The position numbers were made by a program, and so were the translations under genes. From contig JAHLTZ010000020.1 of the NCBI GenBank assembly GCA_025786725.1, forward strand, positions 372,001 to 436,000: a stretch of DNA of 64,000 nt, in the 5' to 3' direction. Of the stretch, positions 1 to 13,491 are shown one piece after another (the stretch's first letter is position 1; every line of letters starts with the position of its first letter). The notes below the pieces were generated by a model that was not told the DNA's origin, searched no databases, and saw only the letters and a list, made by a program, of their open reading frames with translations. This DNA is from Syncephalis fuscata S228 (taxonomy: Eukaryota; Fungi; Zoopagomycota).

Positions 1-2321
1 CCACAACCACGCCATAGTTCAGCTAGTTTAAGAAATGTCACTCCTGTGCTATCATAACTCGTTTGCTCGCCTATAGTATTCGATGCTTCATTTGATGACT
101 GAGCCAGTACTTTAACCAGCCGACATAGATCCTCAATCGCTTTCGTAATATTATGAGTAACACTATCGGTACGGGTACAGTTATCACAGTCACCACAATT
201 AGCTTTAGTCGTCGTCGTTGTTGTAGTAGTAGTTGTTATACGTGAAGTATTACCACCATTATCTATCATTAATGAATAGCGTTCAGGTGAAAAGTAGTGT
301 TCAAATAAAACACGACGACATGTACGCATATCCTGTGCATACTTCAGTATAGTATAAACATTACGAATACCATGATGGTCTGCCACTACCATTGTGGTTA
401 ATCGACTGGCATCTTTAGGATGATAATAAAGAACACAATCAGCCACTTGTCCATCACGTCCAGCTCTTCCCGTCTCTTGATAATAGCCTTATAAATCAAT
501 TAACCAACCAATAGTTAGTTAGTTAATTAGTTAACACATATACCATAGTTACCATCGAGTGATTTGGACGGTGAATGGTGCAGTACATAACGAACATTAG
601 GCTGGTCAATACCCATACCAAATGCAATAGTGGCCACTACAATAAGAATACGACCTACACGCCATGACTGATGCACTTTATTCTTCCATTCCTATTAACA
701 ATCAGTATAGTACTATAGTACTATAGTGTAAACATTGATTACCTCAGTGAGATCAGCATGATAAACACCCGTTGCCAAATTATATTGAGCCAATCCTTCT
801 GCCACTGACTGTGCTTCCCTCTTTGATAAACAGTAAATAATACCTCGTTGGCCCAAATGATGCTCACGAATCCATTCAGACATTGATCTAATTTGATCTA
901 TTAATGTTTTTGGTTTAGACAGTACATAATATCTTAGATTAGGCCCTATTCAATCCTATTAGTAAATGTAGAATATCAATTATAATAACCTACTTTCCAA
1001 TGGGGCCTGGAAACACACTGTAGCATGTGATCCAGTACGCTTTAATTGAAGAATATCCATTACGGCCTTCTTCACTTCGGGTGGACAAGTCGCCTATTTA
1101 TATCAATTGATTAAATAGTTAATCAAATAGTAATCAAATCACTTACCGTAAGGGCAAGTAACGGTGTTTTAGGAAACATGGTCTATTATCGCCTATATAA
1201 ATACGCTATTATAACAATATTACTATTAATAACTACCTTTAATATACCTAGTTTCTTGTAATCTGGTCTATAATCATGTCCTAGTTGTGAACAACAATGA
1301 CACTCATCAATGACTAGTTGGGCCAATCGACCAGCCTGATAACATTTATCGAGTTGTTGGGTAAATCGTTTACTTTTAGCAATACGCTCTGGTGTCACAT
1401 AGATAAGTGCATGTTGATTAGTTGCTTCACTCTTCTTGCCACTACCGACAAGGATATCACGTACACGGCGACTATCCTCGGGCGTAGATGAAGCAGTCAA
1501 GGCAACGGCAACAATGTTTGCTCTTTCCAGTGCAAATACTTGATCGTGCATCAATGCAATAAGCGGTGATATAACAAGTGTAACCCCTTGCTTTAATAAA
1601 GCGGGTAACTGATAACACAGCGATTTGCCACCGCCTAGAATACCCGTCAATAGATTGATATCAATATACATATCTATAGATATAGATATAGATTACCTGT
1701 AGGCATAATCGCTAGTACATCCTTGTTGTGCATCACTGCATTCAGTACTGGTAACTGTGCTGGTCTATAACTTGTAATGCCCCAATGTTCTTGGGCTAGT
1801 AAGCGTAACTGCTTTGACCAGGAAAAGTCTTCTTGTGCCCAGTCTATGGTTGACGAGCTATTTAAATGCATATTATCCATATCATTAGCTTCAATGGCTT
1901 CGATATATGCTTCACTATCTTCAATAGTTGGATATGATTGATATTGAGCAATTAGTTGTTCTAATTCATGGCGTCGTTCCGTTAATTGCTCTATTTGCTG
2001 TTTAATCTGATCAAGTTCATGCATATACTCTTCTAGCATATAGTCATCGTTCTGTATATGCATATCTACTGATCTATTGTTGTTATTGTTATTGCTATTA
2101 ACATCGATACCATCTTCTTCACTATTTGAAGATACTCTAATAACTTTATGGTTTATATGACAGTCGTTGTTGTAACGCTTTAATGGAAGTGGTGAGTGTG
2201 GCACGGTTGGCTTATAGTCTATCCTGTTAAATAGTTCATTCTCATACTCTGTACTAAAATCTAGTAACACTTTGTCTTTATAACTATCGTTATCGATATC
2301 ATAATCATTATTAGAACTCAT
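1..2321 (-). CDS. RecQ-family ATP-dependent DNA helicase (RECQ1-like), multi-exon, 3' end runs off the window start
   Basis: Spliced motifs MPTG|[80 protein letters not shown], Zn-binding CRR...CGDCDNC and the start of the winged helix near position 1. Confidence 0.93.
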
Positions 2322-2629
2322 ATTGTTTGCTTGCTTGTTTGTTTGTTATTGATACGAGCAATAAACAAGGGAAGTAAAAGAGGAGAGAAATAGTACGTGG
2401 CTCTATTTATTGCTCACTTTCACTTTCTATCCCTCACACTCTATCTATCTCACTTGTCCACTATTTCTTTCTACTTGTCCATTCTTTTAACATCCAAGAA
2501 CGTAACTGTTCTATTGATCACGGCTACTTGTTATTAAGTGCAGTATCTTGTTAATAGCTATTGATAGTCTTGGGGAAAGAAAGGAGCGTGTCTAGTTTAC
2601 GGGATTCCACTTATATACTATCTATAGCA

Positions 2630-5600
2630 ATGACTATGGCCAGTAAACCACCAGCACGTTCCTTAACTGATTGGCAAAATGACGTTATAAGCCGAGTACT
2701 TCAAGTTACGCTTAATGTAAGAATAAGAAGAATAGTAATAAGACGAATAGTAATAGTAAATAAACAACATTATTAACCTATGTATATACATATGTATATA
2801 TATGTATACATAGGAAGCGAAAAGCACTACTCGTCCTGAATATACCTTATTAACTTCATTAGTAACTGAACTACAAGAAGAACAACAAGGTAACCATAAC
2901 TCTATATAACATTCATAATATAATACGATGATTCATAATGATATCAGATAGTGTAACACCTATTACCATTCAGCTTGATATGTTTGATCGTGTTTTAGTG
3001 GCCCGATTATCAACGCCCATTAATGAACTTGCCCCTGGTACACCAACTATTGTATTTGACTATTTATTGGCATGTTGGCATCGATGTGTTGAAATAGGCA
3101 ATGGATTACGTCAACGATCCAAGGTAGGATATTATATTTATACCAATAGACCGTCTATACTCATTGTCTATAGACATTTACACCAGATGTTCTACAAGAG
3201 AGATTACAGGTTATAGAAAAGTTACGACAATTAATTGTTTCTTATGCGGGTATTATTCTACAAATGCCTGATATGTTTCCTCAAACGGGCAAGTATGTAT
3301 ATAGATGGATGGTTATATAGTTATAGTAGTATATTAATGGTATTACATAGTATGGAGTCATTGGGACCGGGTATGTTAGTACCACGTCTAATTAATGAGG
3401 ATGACATGTTATCGGATGAGTTTCTATCTGATCTATTTAAACGATTTGAATCTGATGGATTAGATGAGGTAAGTGCTATATATATATATATATATATATA
3501 TATGACAGTAATTGATATTATGGTTATGGTATAGATACTTCATCCACTATTAATTGGATTGGGTGCTAAAGCGCGAGAACAAACTATATTGACAGACTAT
3601 ACATCACCTTTAAGAGTAAATAGACTATAGATCATAAATGGATAGATTAATTAATTATATTAATTAATATAAATTGTAATTGTTAGGTACTTATGAGATT
3701 AATTGAACATAAACCATTCTTGGTAACTGTAAGGGTTATTATTAATAATAGATCTATAATGGATTAATGATTAATATGAATATTATATAGTTACATACAT
3801 TAAGTAACTGGAATCCTAAAGGTCTTCCTGCTCGTACTATTGAAGTAGCCACACTACTTGGACCATTCTTTCGACTTTCTATATTCTCAACCGATGTACC
3901 CGATCTAGGTAATGCTTATTTCAAGCATGCTTATAGTCAACCAGGTAGTGATTTTATGGGCAGTGTTAATTCATTACGTGGGGTTATTCAACACTATCGA
4001 GTATGTATTTTATATGTTTATATATGTAGATTGATTAATGGCAATTATTATTGTAATTATAAATAGTATACATTGGTCGAGTTGACCAATCAATTGGTTC
4101 GAGTCAATGCAGATTCACGACAAGATACATTGCGTTATCTGGCCAATGTAGTTGAGGCAAATCATAAACGGGCTCGTATGCAAGTAGATCCACGAACAGT
4201 TTCCTCTGATGGATTTATGACCAATTTAAACTTTGTATTAATTGCTTTGTGCGAACCATTTATGGATATCAAATACACCAAGGTAAGTAATAATAGATAA
4301 GTATAATACTATACATATATATATATATAAATTATTATGGCTATTAATGATATAATCAGATTAATCGAATAGATACTGATTATTATCGCAAACCAGGGGC
4401 ACTGTTAAATATTGATGAAGAAACAAAGATAAATGCTAGTAAAGAAGAGACAGATGCATACTTTGATGTTACTCTAGATGGATCTAGTGGTAAATAAGCA
4501 TAGATAAATATATATATATACCAATTAATATTAATAATAATGGATAGAGCCTAATTTTATATCTCATTCCTTCTATCTTACGGCCGCTTATATGCATTAT
4601 GGTCTACGTCGATGCTTTGCAGTTTATGAAAAAATAATTAGATCAATGAGTGATTTAAATCAACAAATTGAACAAATTAAAGATCAATCAGCCACTGCAT
4701 CTGATGTAAGTAATAGTAAGCAGTATAAGCTTATTTAATGGTTTATAATAATAATAATAATATGGTTATTATTATCTATTAGATAACGATGCGTAATGCA
4801 CACGAGGCAATGCTTGCTAGAGCCACTGTAAGTAATAATTATAATTAATATATATATATCAATGTATCAATATAGCCATATATTAATTATTATATTATAG
4901 GCCAATATGGATCAAATGGCTGCCCACAAGTATACATTGGATGCAGCATTACTTGATCCATCTGTACTTCAACGACAATTACGTTATACTTCACTGATGA
5001 TGACTTGGCTTGTACGTTTAGTGGATCCACAGCATGCATATCCACACGAATCTATTAAGTAGGTGTTGTTGTGGTGGTTAAATTGTTATTTCTAATGGAT
5101 GATACTAGATTGCCATTACCGGATACTGCACCTGAAGCCTTTCGTATGTTACCTGAATACTTTATTGAAGATATAGCCGAGTTGTATCTATTTATTCTAA
5201 AGTAAGTATTTAAATTGACACTACTAGTGATACATCTACTTATTCATATAGATACAATCCACAAATATTGGCGGAAATCATTCTTGATGATTTGGTGGTA
5301 TTTGCCGTTACTTTCCTTTCTATGTCGTCTTACGTAAAGAATCCGTATTTAAAGGCGAAATTGACTGAGGTTAGTAGTTGGTGTTCTAATAGATGTGGTT
5401 GATTATAACTATTTATTGACTATATAGGTACTGGCATATATGGGCTATTCATTCCGAGGAGAGCCATCCGGTGGTTTAGCGACCATTCTTTGTACTCATC
5501 CACTGGCTATTGAGAATTTAATGCCCACTATGATGAAATTCTATATAGGTATTGCTCGTCTATTGCTTATAAATATAATGGATACTGATTGTATTGATTG

Positions 5601-6824
5601 ATAGAGGTGGAACGGACGGGTCTATCGTCTCAGTTCTATGACAAGTTTAATATTCGTTACAACATTTCACAAATTGTTAAGCGTTTGTGGAAGATGAGCG
5701 ACATCGAGAACGTCTTCGTCGAGAAAGCCAGTAAGATTTGATATAGCTATTAATCGTAATGGCCTATTAATATTTCTATTTAATAGGAATACCGAATTCT
5801 TTGTACAATTTGTCAATCTACTAATGAACGACACGACCTATTTGCTTGATGAGGCACTATCGAAATTGGCCGAGATTAGAAATATTCAAAACGAAATGGC
5901 CGATACCACCACATGGGAACAACCACTACAGTAAATATAAATATAAATATAAATATACATAGACGGGTATTAATATATATATATATATATATATATTGGT
6001 AGGAACATCGACAAGAACGAGCATCTGTTCTAGAGCAAGATGAACGACAAGCCCGTTCCTATATTGGATTGGCTAAAGAAACCGTCGATATGATCCGGTA
6101 TATGACACAAGAAGTACCAGGTCCATTTGTGGCACCTGAAGTGGTTGATCGATTGGCAGCTATGCTTAACTACAATCTAAACACTTGGTCGGTCCTAAAT
6201 GTACCGATTTAAAGGTAAAAGATCCGAAAAAGTATGGATTTGAACCGCGTGTTCTATTATCCGATATTATTGCTATCTATTTGAATTTACACCGCACGGA
6301 ATTTGTTGAAGCGGTGGCCCGAGAAGGGCGCAGTTATCGTCCCGAACGAGTAATGAAAGCGATTAGTATTTTGTCAAAATATGGTTTAAAACCAGAATCA
6401 GAGATTGAACAGTTACAAAAATTCTTAAATGAAGTTGAAACTTGTCGACAAGCAAATATAAATGAAGATGATTTACTAGCCGATGCACCCGACGAGTTTT
6501 TAGGTAATAATTTACATAAAAAGTTAATTAATCAAGGTTATTTATTTAATTATTTAATTAGATCCAATTACGTATACATTAATGCGTGATCCAGTTATAT
6601 TACCAACAAGTGGTATTACCATGGACCGATCGGCTATTAAATCTCATTTACTAAGTACACCATTGGATCCGTTTAACCGTAAACCATTAACGGTGGAGAT
6701 GTTGGAACCAAGTAAGTAGATGTAATAGCAATAACACAGCACTTATCTTTAATACTATTTAGACGAAGAACTAAAGATGAAAATCAATGCATTCATTGTA
6801 GAACGCCGTGCTGCATCGAAATAA
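2630..6824 (+). CDS. UFD2: Ubiquitin conjugation factor E4 (Ufd2/UBE4B), about 20 exons, C-terminal U-box
   Basis: [83 protein letters not shown]-box [24 protein letters not shown]...DPFNRKPL. Apparent 1-bp frameshifts near 5690 and 6185. Confidence 0.93.
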
Positions 6825-7384
6825 ATAAAGATTTACTTTTTCATTTAATTATAAACAATGTACATCTATTACAGTACTAATAATAGTAATGATCCCATGT
6901 TTATATTTAGTAACGACAATCTAATATCTATATCAATTTATACACTTTGTTATATGTTATAAAATACAATTATTATATTACAGTGATTTTAATAATAACC
7001 ATACTACACTATTCTCCTTTATACGCTTGACTTGTTTAACCGTCTCTTTCTTTCATTGTTTATTATTATGATCCACTTACTATTTATGTCAATGATCGAC
7101 ATACACAGTGTTTATAATGTGATGCATAGTCTTTAACTAGTTTAGTACACTGTAAAGCCATTAATATACACGTGGATCATAAGCCATCATACTATGAATA
7201 TTTGACACACCTACAAGTGTATTATACATTTAAAAATAGTAGTTTCTAGCTATTTAAAGCGCAATTCTCTATAATAATAACAATAATATATGAATCGATA
7301 GGCATATGCATATTCTCTAACAAGTTTTATAATCTGCAGCATCAAGGTTGAATCAGTGGCAAGAACAAGCCTTTGTTACAACAA

Positions 7385-7390
7385 TATAAA
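7385..7390 (+). promoter_or_regulatory. TATA-like box (TATAAA) ~110 nt upstream of the small secreted-peptide ORF
   Basis: TATAAAA followed by a pyrimidine-rich leader before ATG 7496. Weak evidence in AT-rich DNA. Confidence 0.3.
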
Positions 7391-7495
7391 AGTGTAACAA
7401 CAATTACCGTTATACATTATCTATATTTCCTTCTTTCTACTTATTACTTGTTTGACATCTCTCATTCTTTAATCATTCCTTCAGTTCTTACTATT

Positions 7496-7674
7496 ATGCA
7501 CTTACTATCTGTGTCAACAACATTATTTGCAGTAATAATGGTAGTCATTGCGCTAATGAGCACCATACAAGTTGGTTTAGTGCTAACGCATTACCAGTCA
7601 ATAGTTTAACACGCCGCGATACCGTTAATATACCCGAGAATAACGGTACAAATGACATGGCAGAGCTCATTTAA
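7496..7674 (+). CDS. Putative ~59-aa secreted prepropeptide (needs a +1 nt correction near 7578)
   Basis: MHLLSVSTTLFAVIMVVIALMSTIQVG, then in the shifted frame (F)SANA-LPVNSLTRR-DTVNIPENNGTNDMAELI*: hydrophobic signal, AxA cleavage site, dibasic RR. Confidence 0.5.
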
Positions 7675-7734
7675 CGTATGTCCAAGTGTATTATACGCCA
7701 ATTTAATTCGTTTAATTACAAGTAGAAGCCTATC

Positions 7735-8100
7735 TCCGCATAATAATAATAATAATACTATATAATATATAATATATAATATAACTAATAAAGCAATTCA
7801 GTTATATTCGCGTAATATCCATTAAAGGTTTATATTAATTAATTAATGATTCTATAATTTACAACTTTTTACTTTTAGTTTATTAACATTAACTTACCGT
7901 ATTTTAGTCTAATTAATGTTGATTATTATTATTATGTAATAAATATAATGTATTACTATTACTTTTAGCTTATTAGCTTTAACTTACCGTATATTATTTA
8001 CTACTTACTATTTATTATTAATTGTTATAAATATGTTATATTTACTATTACTTTATATATATACTTTTTATATTGAATAATCTATACTTATTACTACATC
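7735..8100. repeat. Extremely AT-rich low-complexity tract (TAA/TTA/TTAC microrepeats, AACTTACCGTAT twice)
   Basis: Direct inspection. Confidence 0.6.
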
Positions 8101-8401
8101 TGATACTATTTCAATTCAATCTGCCATTCAAGTTATTATAGTTGAGATTGTGATTTACCTTGCACGTCATTTGCATTATAGTATGACGTGCGAAGGAGGG
8201 CTCGTTCTCGTCACGCCCAATTAAATAATACACAAATACATACACAAATACAAGAGTATATAGTTAATTAAAGGCGTGTGCACGCTTATCTGTGGTTTTA
8301 TTCCAATAGTGCATAGCAATACACGGAATAGTGGGCATGGCCATGACTGCTACTGCTACTAGTACTGCTGCTGCCATCGCCAAGCTTCACTCGCAACACG
8401 T

Positions 8402-8891
8402 TTACTCTTCGTCATCTTCGTCATCCTCCTCATCTTCCTGGGAGGCGATGTTGAAGTAGCGCAACTCGTAGGTGGTGCGGTCAGTGGCAATGACACGGAG
8501 CCAGTCACGGAGCTGGTTCTTCTTCAAGAACTTCTTGACGAGGTACTTGATGTAGCGCTTGGGGAAGACGCGTTGGGTCGAGTTAAGTGTGATCTTGGCA
8601 CCCTGGCGGGCGATCGTGAGGACTTCGCCAAAGTTACCGGTACGGCCAGAGACCTTGACGCGATCGTGCAAGAACTTCTCGAAAGCGGCAACGTCAAAGA
8701 GCTTGTCATCAGCTGGAGCTGAGCAGTCGATGACAACCTTGACTGGGGTCTTCTTGACCTTCTTGGTCTTTTGCTACAGTATAAAGGTAAGTATATGAAT
8801 CTAGCACTGCACTTGAATGCATGTACACTCTATCGCGTTCCTTTTTCCTCTCTCTCTCTCTCTCGATTTCTATACTTACGATAGCAGGCAT
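8402..8891 (-). CDS. RPL22: 60S ribosomal protein eL22; exon 1 8880-8891 (MPAI), exon 2 8402-8773
   Basis: VVIDCSAPADDKLFDVAAFEKFLHDRVKVSGRTGN...FPKRYIKYLVKKFLKKNQLRDWLRVIAT...YELRYFNI plus acidic tail; strong GC3 bias typical of high expression. Confidence 0.96.
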
Positions 8892-9457
8892 GTTGATGAT
8901 TTGATTAAGCAAAGGATGAGGTATATCCTTTAAATGCACACGTCGCTAGAATGCGCGATGTCCAAATCAAAAGTGAAAGAGGAGGAGACGGGCCGTGTCT
9001 CGCTTAGCACAAAGGCTTTTTTCTTCTTTGCAAGCCTTTTTTCCAGTTACAGTGTAGCTATCATTCACTAAAATGTCTACAATGATAAAACTACTAACTT
9101 AAAACTACCATATCGTTTGTACATGGGTACCCCTGTTTAGGCTGTTGTTGTTATACACACCCAAATAAAGCATAGGCCAATCTATAGACATGGATACATT
9201 AATACACGATAGTATGTACATGAATATATATAATATTTAACAGTTATGTTATTTTAGTGAAATATTTATGAGTGAATAAAGTAAATGGCAAAAGAATAAG
9301 TGAAATAGAAATAGATTATTGAATAAAGAAAGTGTGGTAATGGAATACGCAATATGATCAAGATGACATAAAAAATACACATTCACTAGATTGTATCGGT
9401 AGGATTGAAAGGATCTAATGCTCGGTTATTTGGCTGCTTATAGAAGAGATGGGTGGA

Positions 9458-12400
9458 TTATCGTGTGGCAATGGCATTCATTAGTTCAACAAGCTATTAA
9501 AGAATAATAAATAATATTGATTAGTTATTAATGGATTATTATAGAATAATTAACCTACCTCATTATGTGAGCCTGTAACATAAATAATGGCATCCTCATC
9601 AACAATGCGCACCTCTAATTACATAATGTTAATTGATATTACTACTATTTGTAATAAATGGCTCATTAACTTACCATTCTCTTCTTCAAGCAGTTCAATT
9701 TGATCACGTCGTCCACCTAACCGAATACAACGAACCAATTCTGTTTCCTTGTTAAGATGACCATGAACTTTACACTATTATACGATGGTAGATTAGTATA
9801 TAATAGCCATTGAACTATTACTATTAACTTACTTGTAGTAAAATATCACCAAAGACAAAGAAGCGATATTCTTTGTCAATACGTTTATGGCGAATCGTAA
9901 CAGCTGGTGCTTGACTAAATCGTATACGTTTCGATGCTTGTAGACGAGATTCACGTGCTGAACGAAGTGAAAAATCACGTACAAATCGACGATGCGGTTG
10001 CAATAAAGGAATCTATATTGGTATTAGTAATGCTACAGCTTAACACTAATATATTAATATAAATTTACCTTTTCAGAGCCTTTAATAAGCTTTTGCAGTT
10101 CTAATACTTTGGTACACTGCTCATAATCACGTTTCTATTATAGTAATTATATATAAGTACAGTTATTCATTATGTCATCTATAATTATCTTACCCGTTCG
10201 TTGATTTCATCAGCTCGTTTAGATACTTCATCTAATGCTGCCTTAAGACATGGATAATCAGGATGTGAATGAGGTGTATGATCATATAGCTCTTGCAATA
10301 AAAGACGATAGCGTGGAATGCGTTGAACTGGCATAACCAAATAGCCTTGAATATTCAATTGTGTATGGGATCGATGTGTTTTTGCCTCCTATCAGCAAAC
10401 AGTTAGTCAGCAGTTAAAAATCAACTAATTAAATAGTATAACTTACATCAATAATTTGACGCCATTTCTTATGGCTCTTATTGGCATCCCATTTGTAAAG
10501 TGCAGTATGAGCATCTTCAAAATTATTAACATAAACCGAGTACATCTTGATATAGGCCGACTATAATATATTATGTAGATGAATAAATGAACGAATGAAT
10601 AAATAAATACACTATCTGTAGATGGCACCTACATGATTCATAAACACTTGACCAATAGGTGGGTCATTACCGGGTGCGACTTGTTCACACGCCTAATTAA
10701 TAAATGTTAGTTTAAATGATAATTAAATAAATGGTACATTCTACTTACTTCTTCAAGCTTAGGAAGGAAATGCTCACGATGAAACATAATTAGACTTTCC
10801 ATGTTACTGAAGATAGTGCGGATTTCATCGGGTGATAGCGCATTGCGGCTGAATGCTGGTCGCAAATAGAAGCGTTCAAGACAAGAAAGCTCTTGAACAT
10901 ACGTGCGTTCCGTCGATATGATTTCATCGATAATTCGACGACGACGTTCAGCAAGTCGTAGCACTAATATCAATAGTTGTTAGATTAATAAACGATTATA
11001 ATCAACTACTTACATCCATTAACATCAAGTGATATCGGACGATTGCCAATTAACTCTTCGGGAAGTGGAACGTGTGGCTGGCTTTCTAGCATACGTACAT
11101 GAACATCGCCTTCTTTAAGCATTTGTAAACCAACGCCAAGATCCCATATGTCGCGTAAATAGAACAAAAGTCGCTTCATTGCTGTACGTCGTTCAATTGA
11201 ATAGGCCTCAAATGCTGCTGATTCCGTATATGCATGCGTCATAGATGCTTCAAATGAAGCCATTGTACTTTCGGCATGAGCTTGCAATTGTTCATCAGGC
11301 GATAAACTGTTGGTGGCATCCAGTGACATTTGTGCCATACCTGCTTCAATGCTCATAATACTCATGGCCGGTGATAATGGTGTACTGGGCCTACTATTTT
11401 GGTCATAGATTGATGCATTAGCCGATGTTGCTGTACCTGGATAATGGCTCATATTCATTAATGATCTGGGACTAGTGAGTGTCCGTGAATAGGAAGGGGA
11501 TCGATGATGGCTCGAATGCCGAGCAAACGTGCCAGCATTAGACACGGTACCACTCAATCCACTGGCATATGCATCACGTAATGCTGGTGTAGAGGCGCGC
11601 TGTCGAATGGATCCATTACTAGCATTACGGCCACGTCGTATAAATGCTGCTTTTGTAGCAGCAGCCAGTGCAGCCACTTCTTCAGATACTACAAATCCAT
11701 TAAGGCCATCAAAATCAGCATTACCATCGTCGGTAGTCGATAATGCAGCCCGTTCTTCATCGGAAAAGACCATATTTGACATTGTCTCTTCATTTGCCGT
11801 ATTATCCACGCCATATCCCGAATCGCGTAGTATTTGCGTATGATTTGTATCGCTCGTTTCGTCAACACTACTCATAACCGATGTTGGCAATGGAGGAAAG
11901 TAGAAATTATTGCTAGAGGCAGCTTGACGTGCATCCTCAAAGCGATATGGTGAGCCTAATGGGGATCGAGTGGGACTTTGAGCGGCCATGTTCAAGTCTG
12001 AACCAAAAGAGATAGGCTTTCTTAATGAACGCCACGACCTTCTTAGCTTGCTTTGCGCCTCTTGTGCAACTGAGTCTGACTCGTGATTATCGAGCGGTTC
12101 ATCGCCAGTAACATTCACACCTGATAGTCGCTGTGCCATTAGTTGAGGCGATTTGCTATACAGCTCATCGGGTTTATTGCCTGTAAAGCTGCCTTTACGC
12201 ATACGATGGAATATGCCCTTTTTGGCCGTTTTATCCTCACGTAACTCATTGATGTATTCAGGCTCTTCCTCATTAATTGTATCATTAATGGACGAAGATC
12301 GAGTATGTGATGGAGATGCTGTCGCAGAAGTTGCGGGCGATACACCATGATGGATGTGGAAAAAAGGGGCCGCCATGGCTAGTGATTTGGTACGTGAACG

Positions 12401-13491
12401 AGCCAGCGTAAGTCGAGCACGGTGCCAATGCTTATTTTTCATAGAAGCTCTAGCATCTACCGATGATGATTTGCGTTGGCCATTTTTGGCATTTAGTTGT
12501 TCACGAGTCAATCGATTTACTTTGTATCCAGATGGTAAATGTTCACTAAGTAGAAGAAGTGGTGTAATATACTCATCAATAGGTCCAATGAACGGATTAC
12601 CGTCTAACAATATTTCGATCAACGAATTGCTTAATAGTCCAATAGAAGGAGGTAGCGTTTGTAGACGGTTATGCTGTAGCCAAAGGTGTTGAAGATTTCG
12701 CATATTTTGAAATAAACGTGGATCTAAATGTATTAAATACGAGTAATTAAATTAGCTAATTAAACTAATTAATCGATGGTTTACTATTTACCTATCATTT
12801 CTATCATATTCCAGCCCAAATCTAGTAATTCAAGATCTTCCATAGCACCAATACTAGGGGGAAGAAATTCAATTTGATTTTTTGATAGACGTAATTCACG
12901 TAATTGAAGAAAATAAAGTCCAATATCCCGTGGTAAAGCACGTAGTCCATTACCGCTTAAATCCAACACACGTAGTTTGGAGAGAGGTTGAAAAAACTGT
13001 AGAGAGATTGAATGAATATGATTAAATGACAGATTAAGCGAGTAAACATCTAATCCAGTGTTAATAAATCGATATAGTTCATTAATCATTCATTGTTTAT
13101 ATTAATACTTACCATGACTAACATCGGCTGGACATTCAGCAAGTTGGCTGTTTGAGTAATTTAATACAACTCGGTTCTGCGACTCTGCACTGGCTGATGA
13201 AACAGACGATACGGCAGATATAGGTCGCGAGGATATAAAAGACGCCGATGATAATGACTGATTAGATAGGCGCAGATTGGCGCGATTGGCTGTCATATCG
13301 GCCGGATCGTACATATCAAGTAGACTAATTGAGTTAACTACACCGGCGTGAAGACGGTTAGGAGCCAGTAATTCTTCTGTGGCACTCGTTCGAGCAGATG
13401 GAGGCATTGAGCTATGAGGCGTGCCATACATTGAGGATGGTTCGCTCATGGATGCAGCCATGGTGGCACCCCACTGTTGTTGTCCGCTCAT
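9458..13491 (-). CDS. LRR + Dbl-homology (DH)-PH Rho guanine-nucleotide exchange factor, multi-exon
   Basis: N-terminal LRRs (LRVLDLSGNGLRALP, LRELRLSKNQIEFLP, LQHLWLQHNRLQTLP), long Ser-rich linker, DH (RRRIIDEIISTERTYVQEL...IFSNMESL; LVMPVQRIPRYRLLLQEL...TPHSHPDY), then a PH-like region ending LVELMNAIATR*. Confidence 0.88.
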
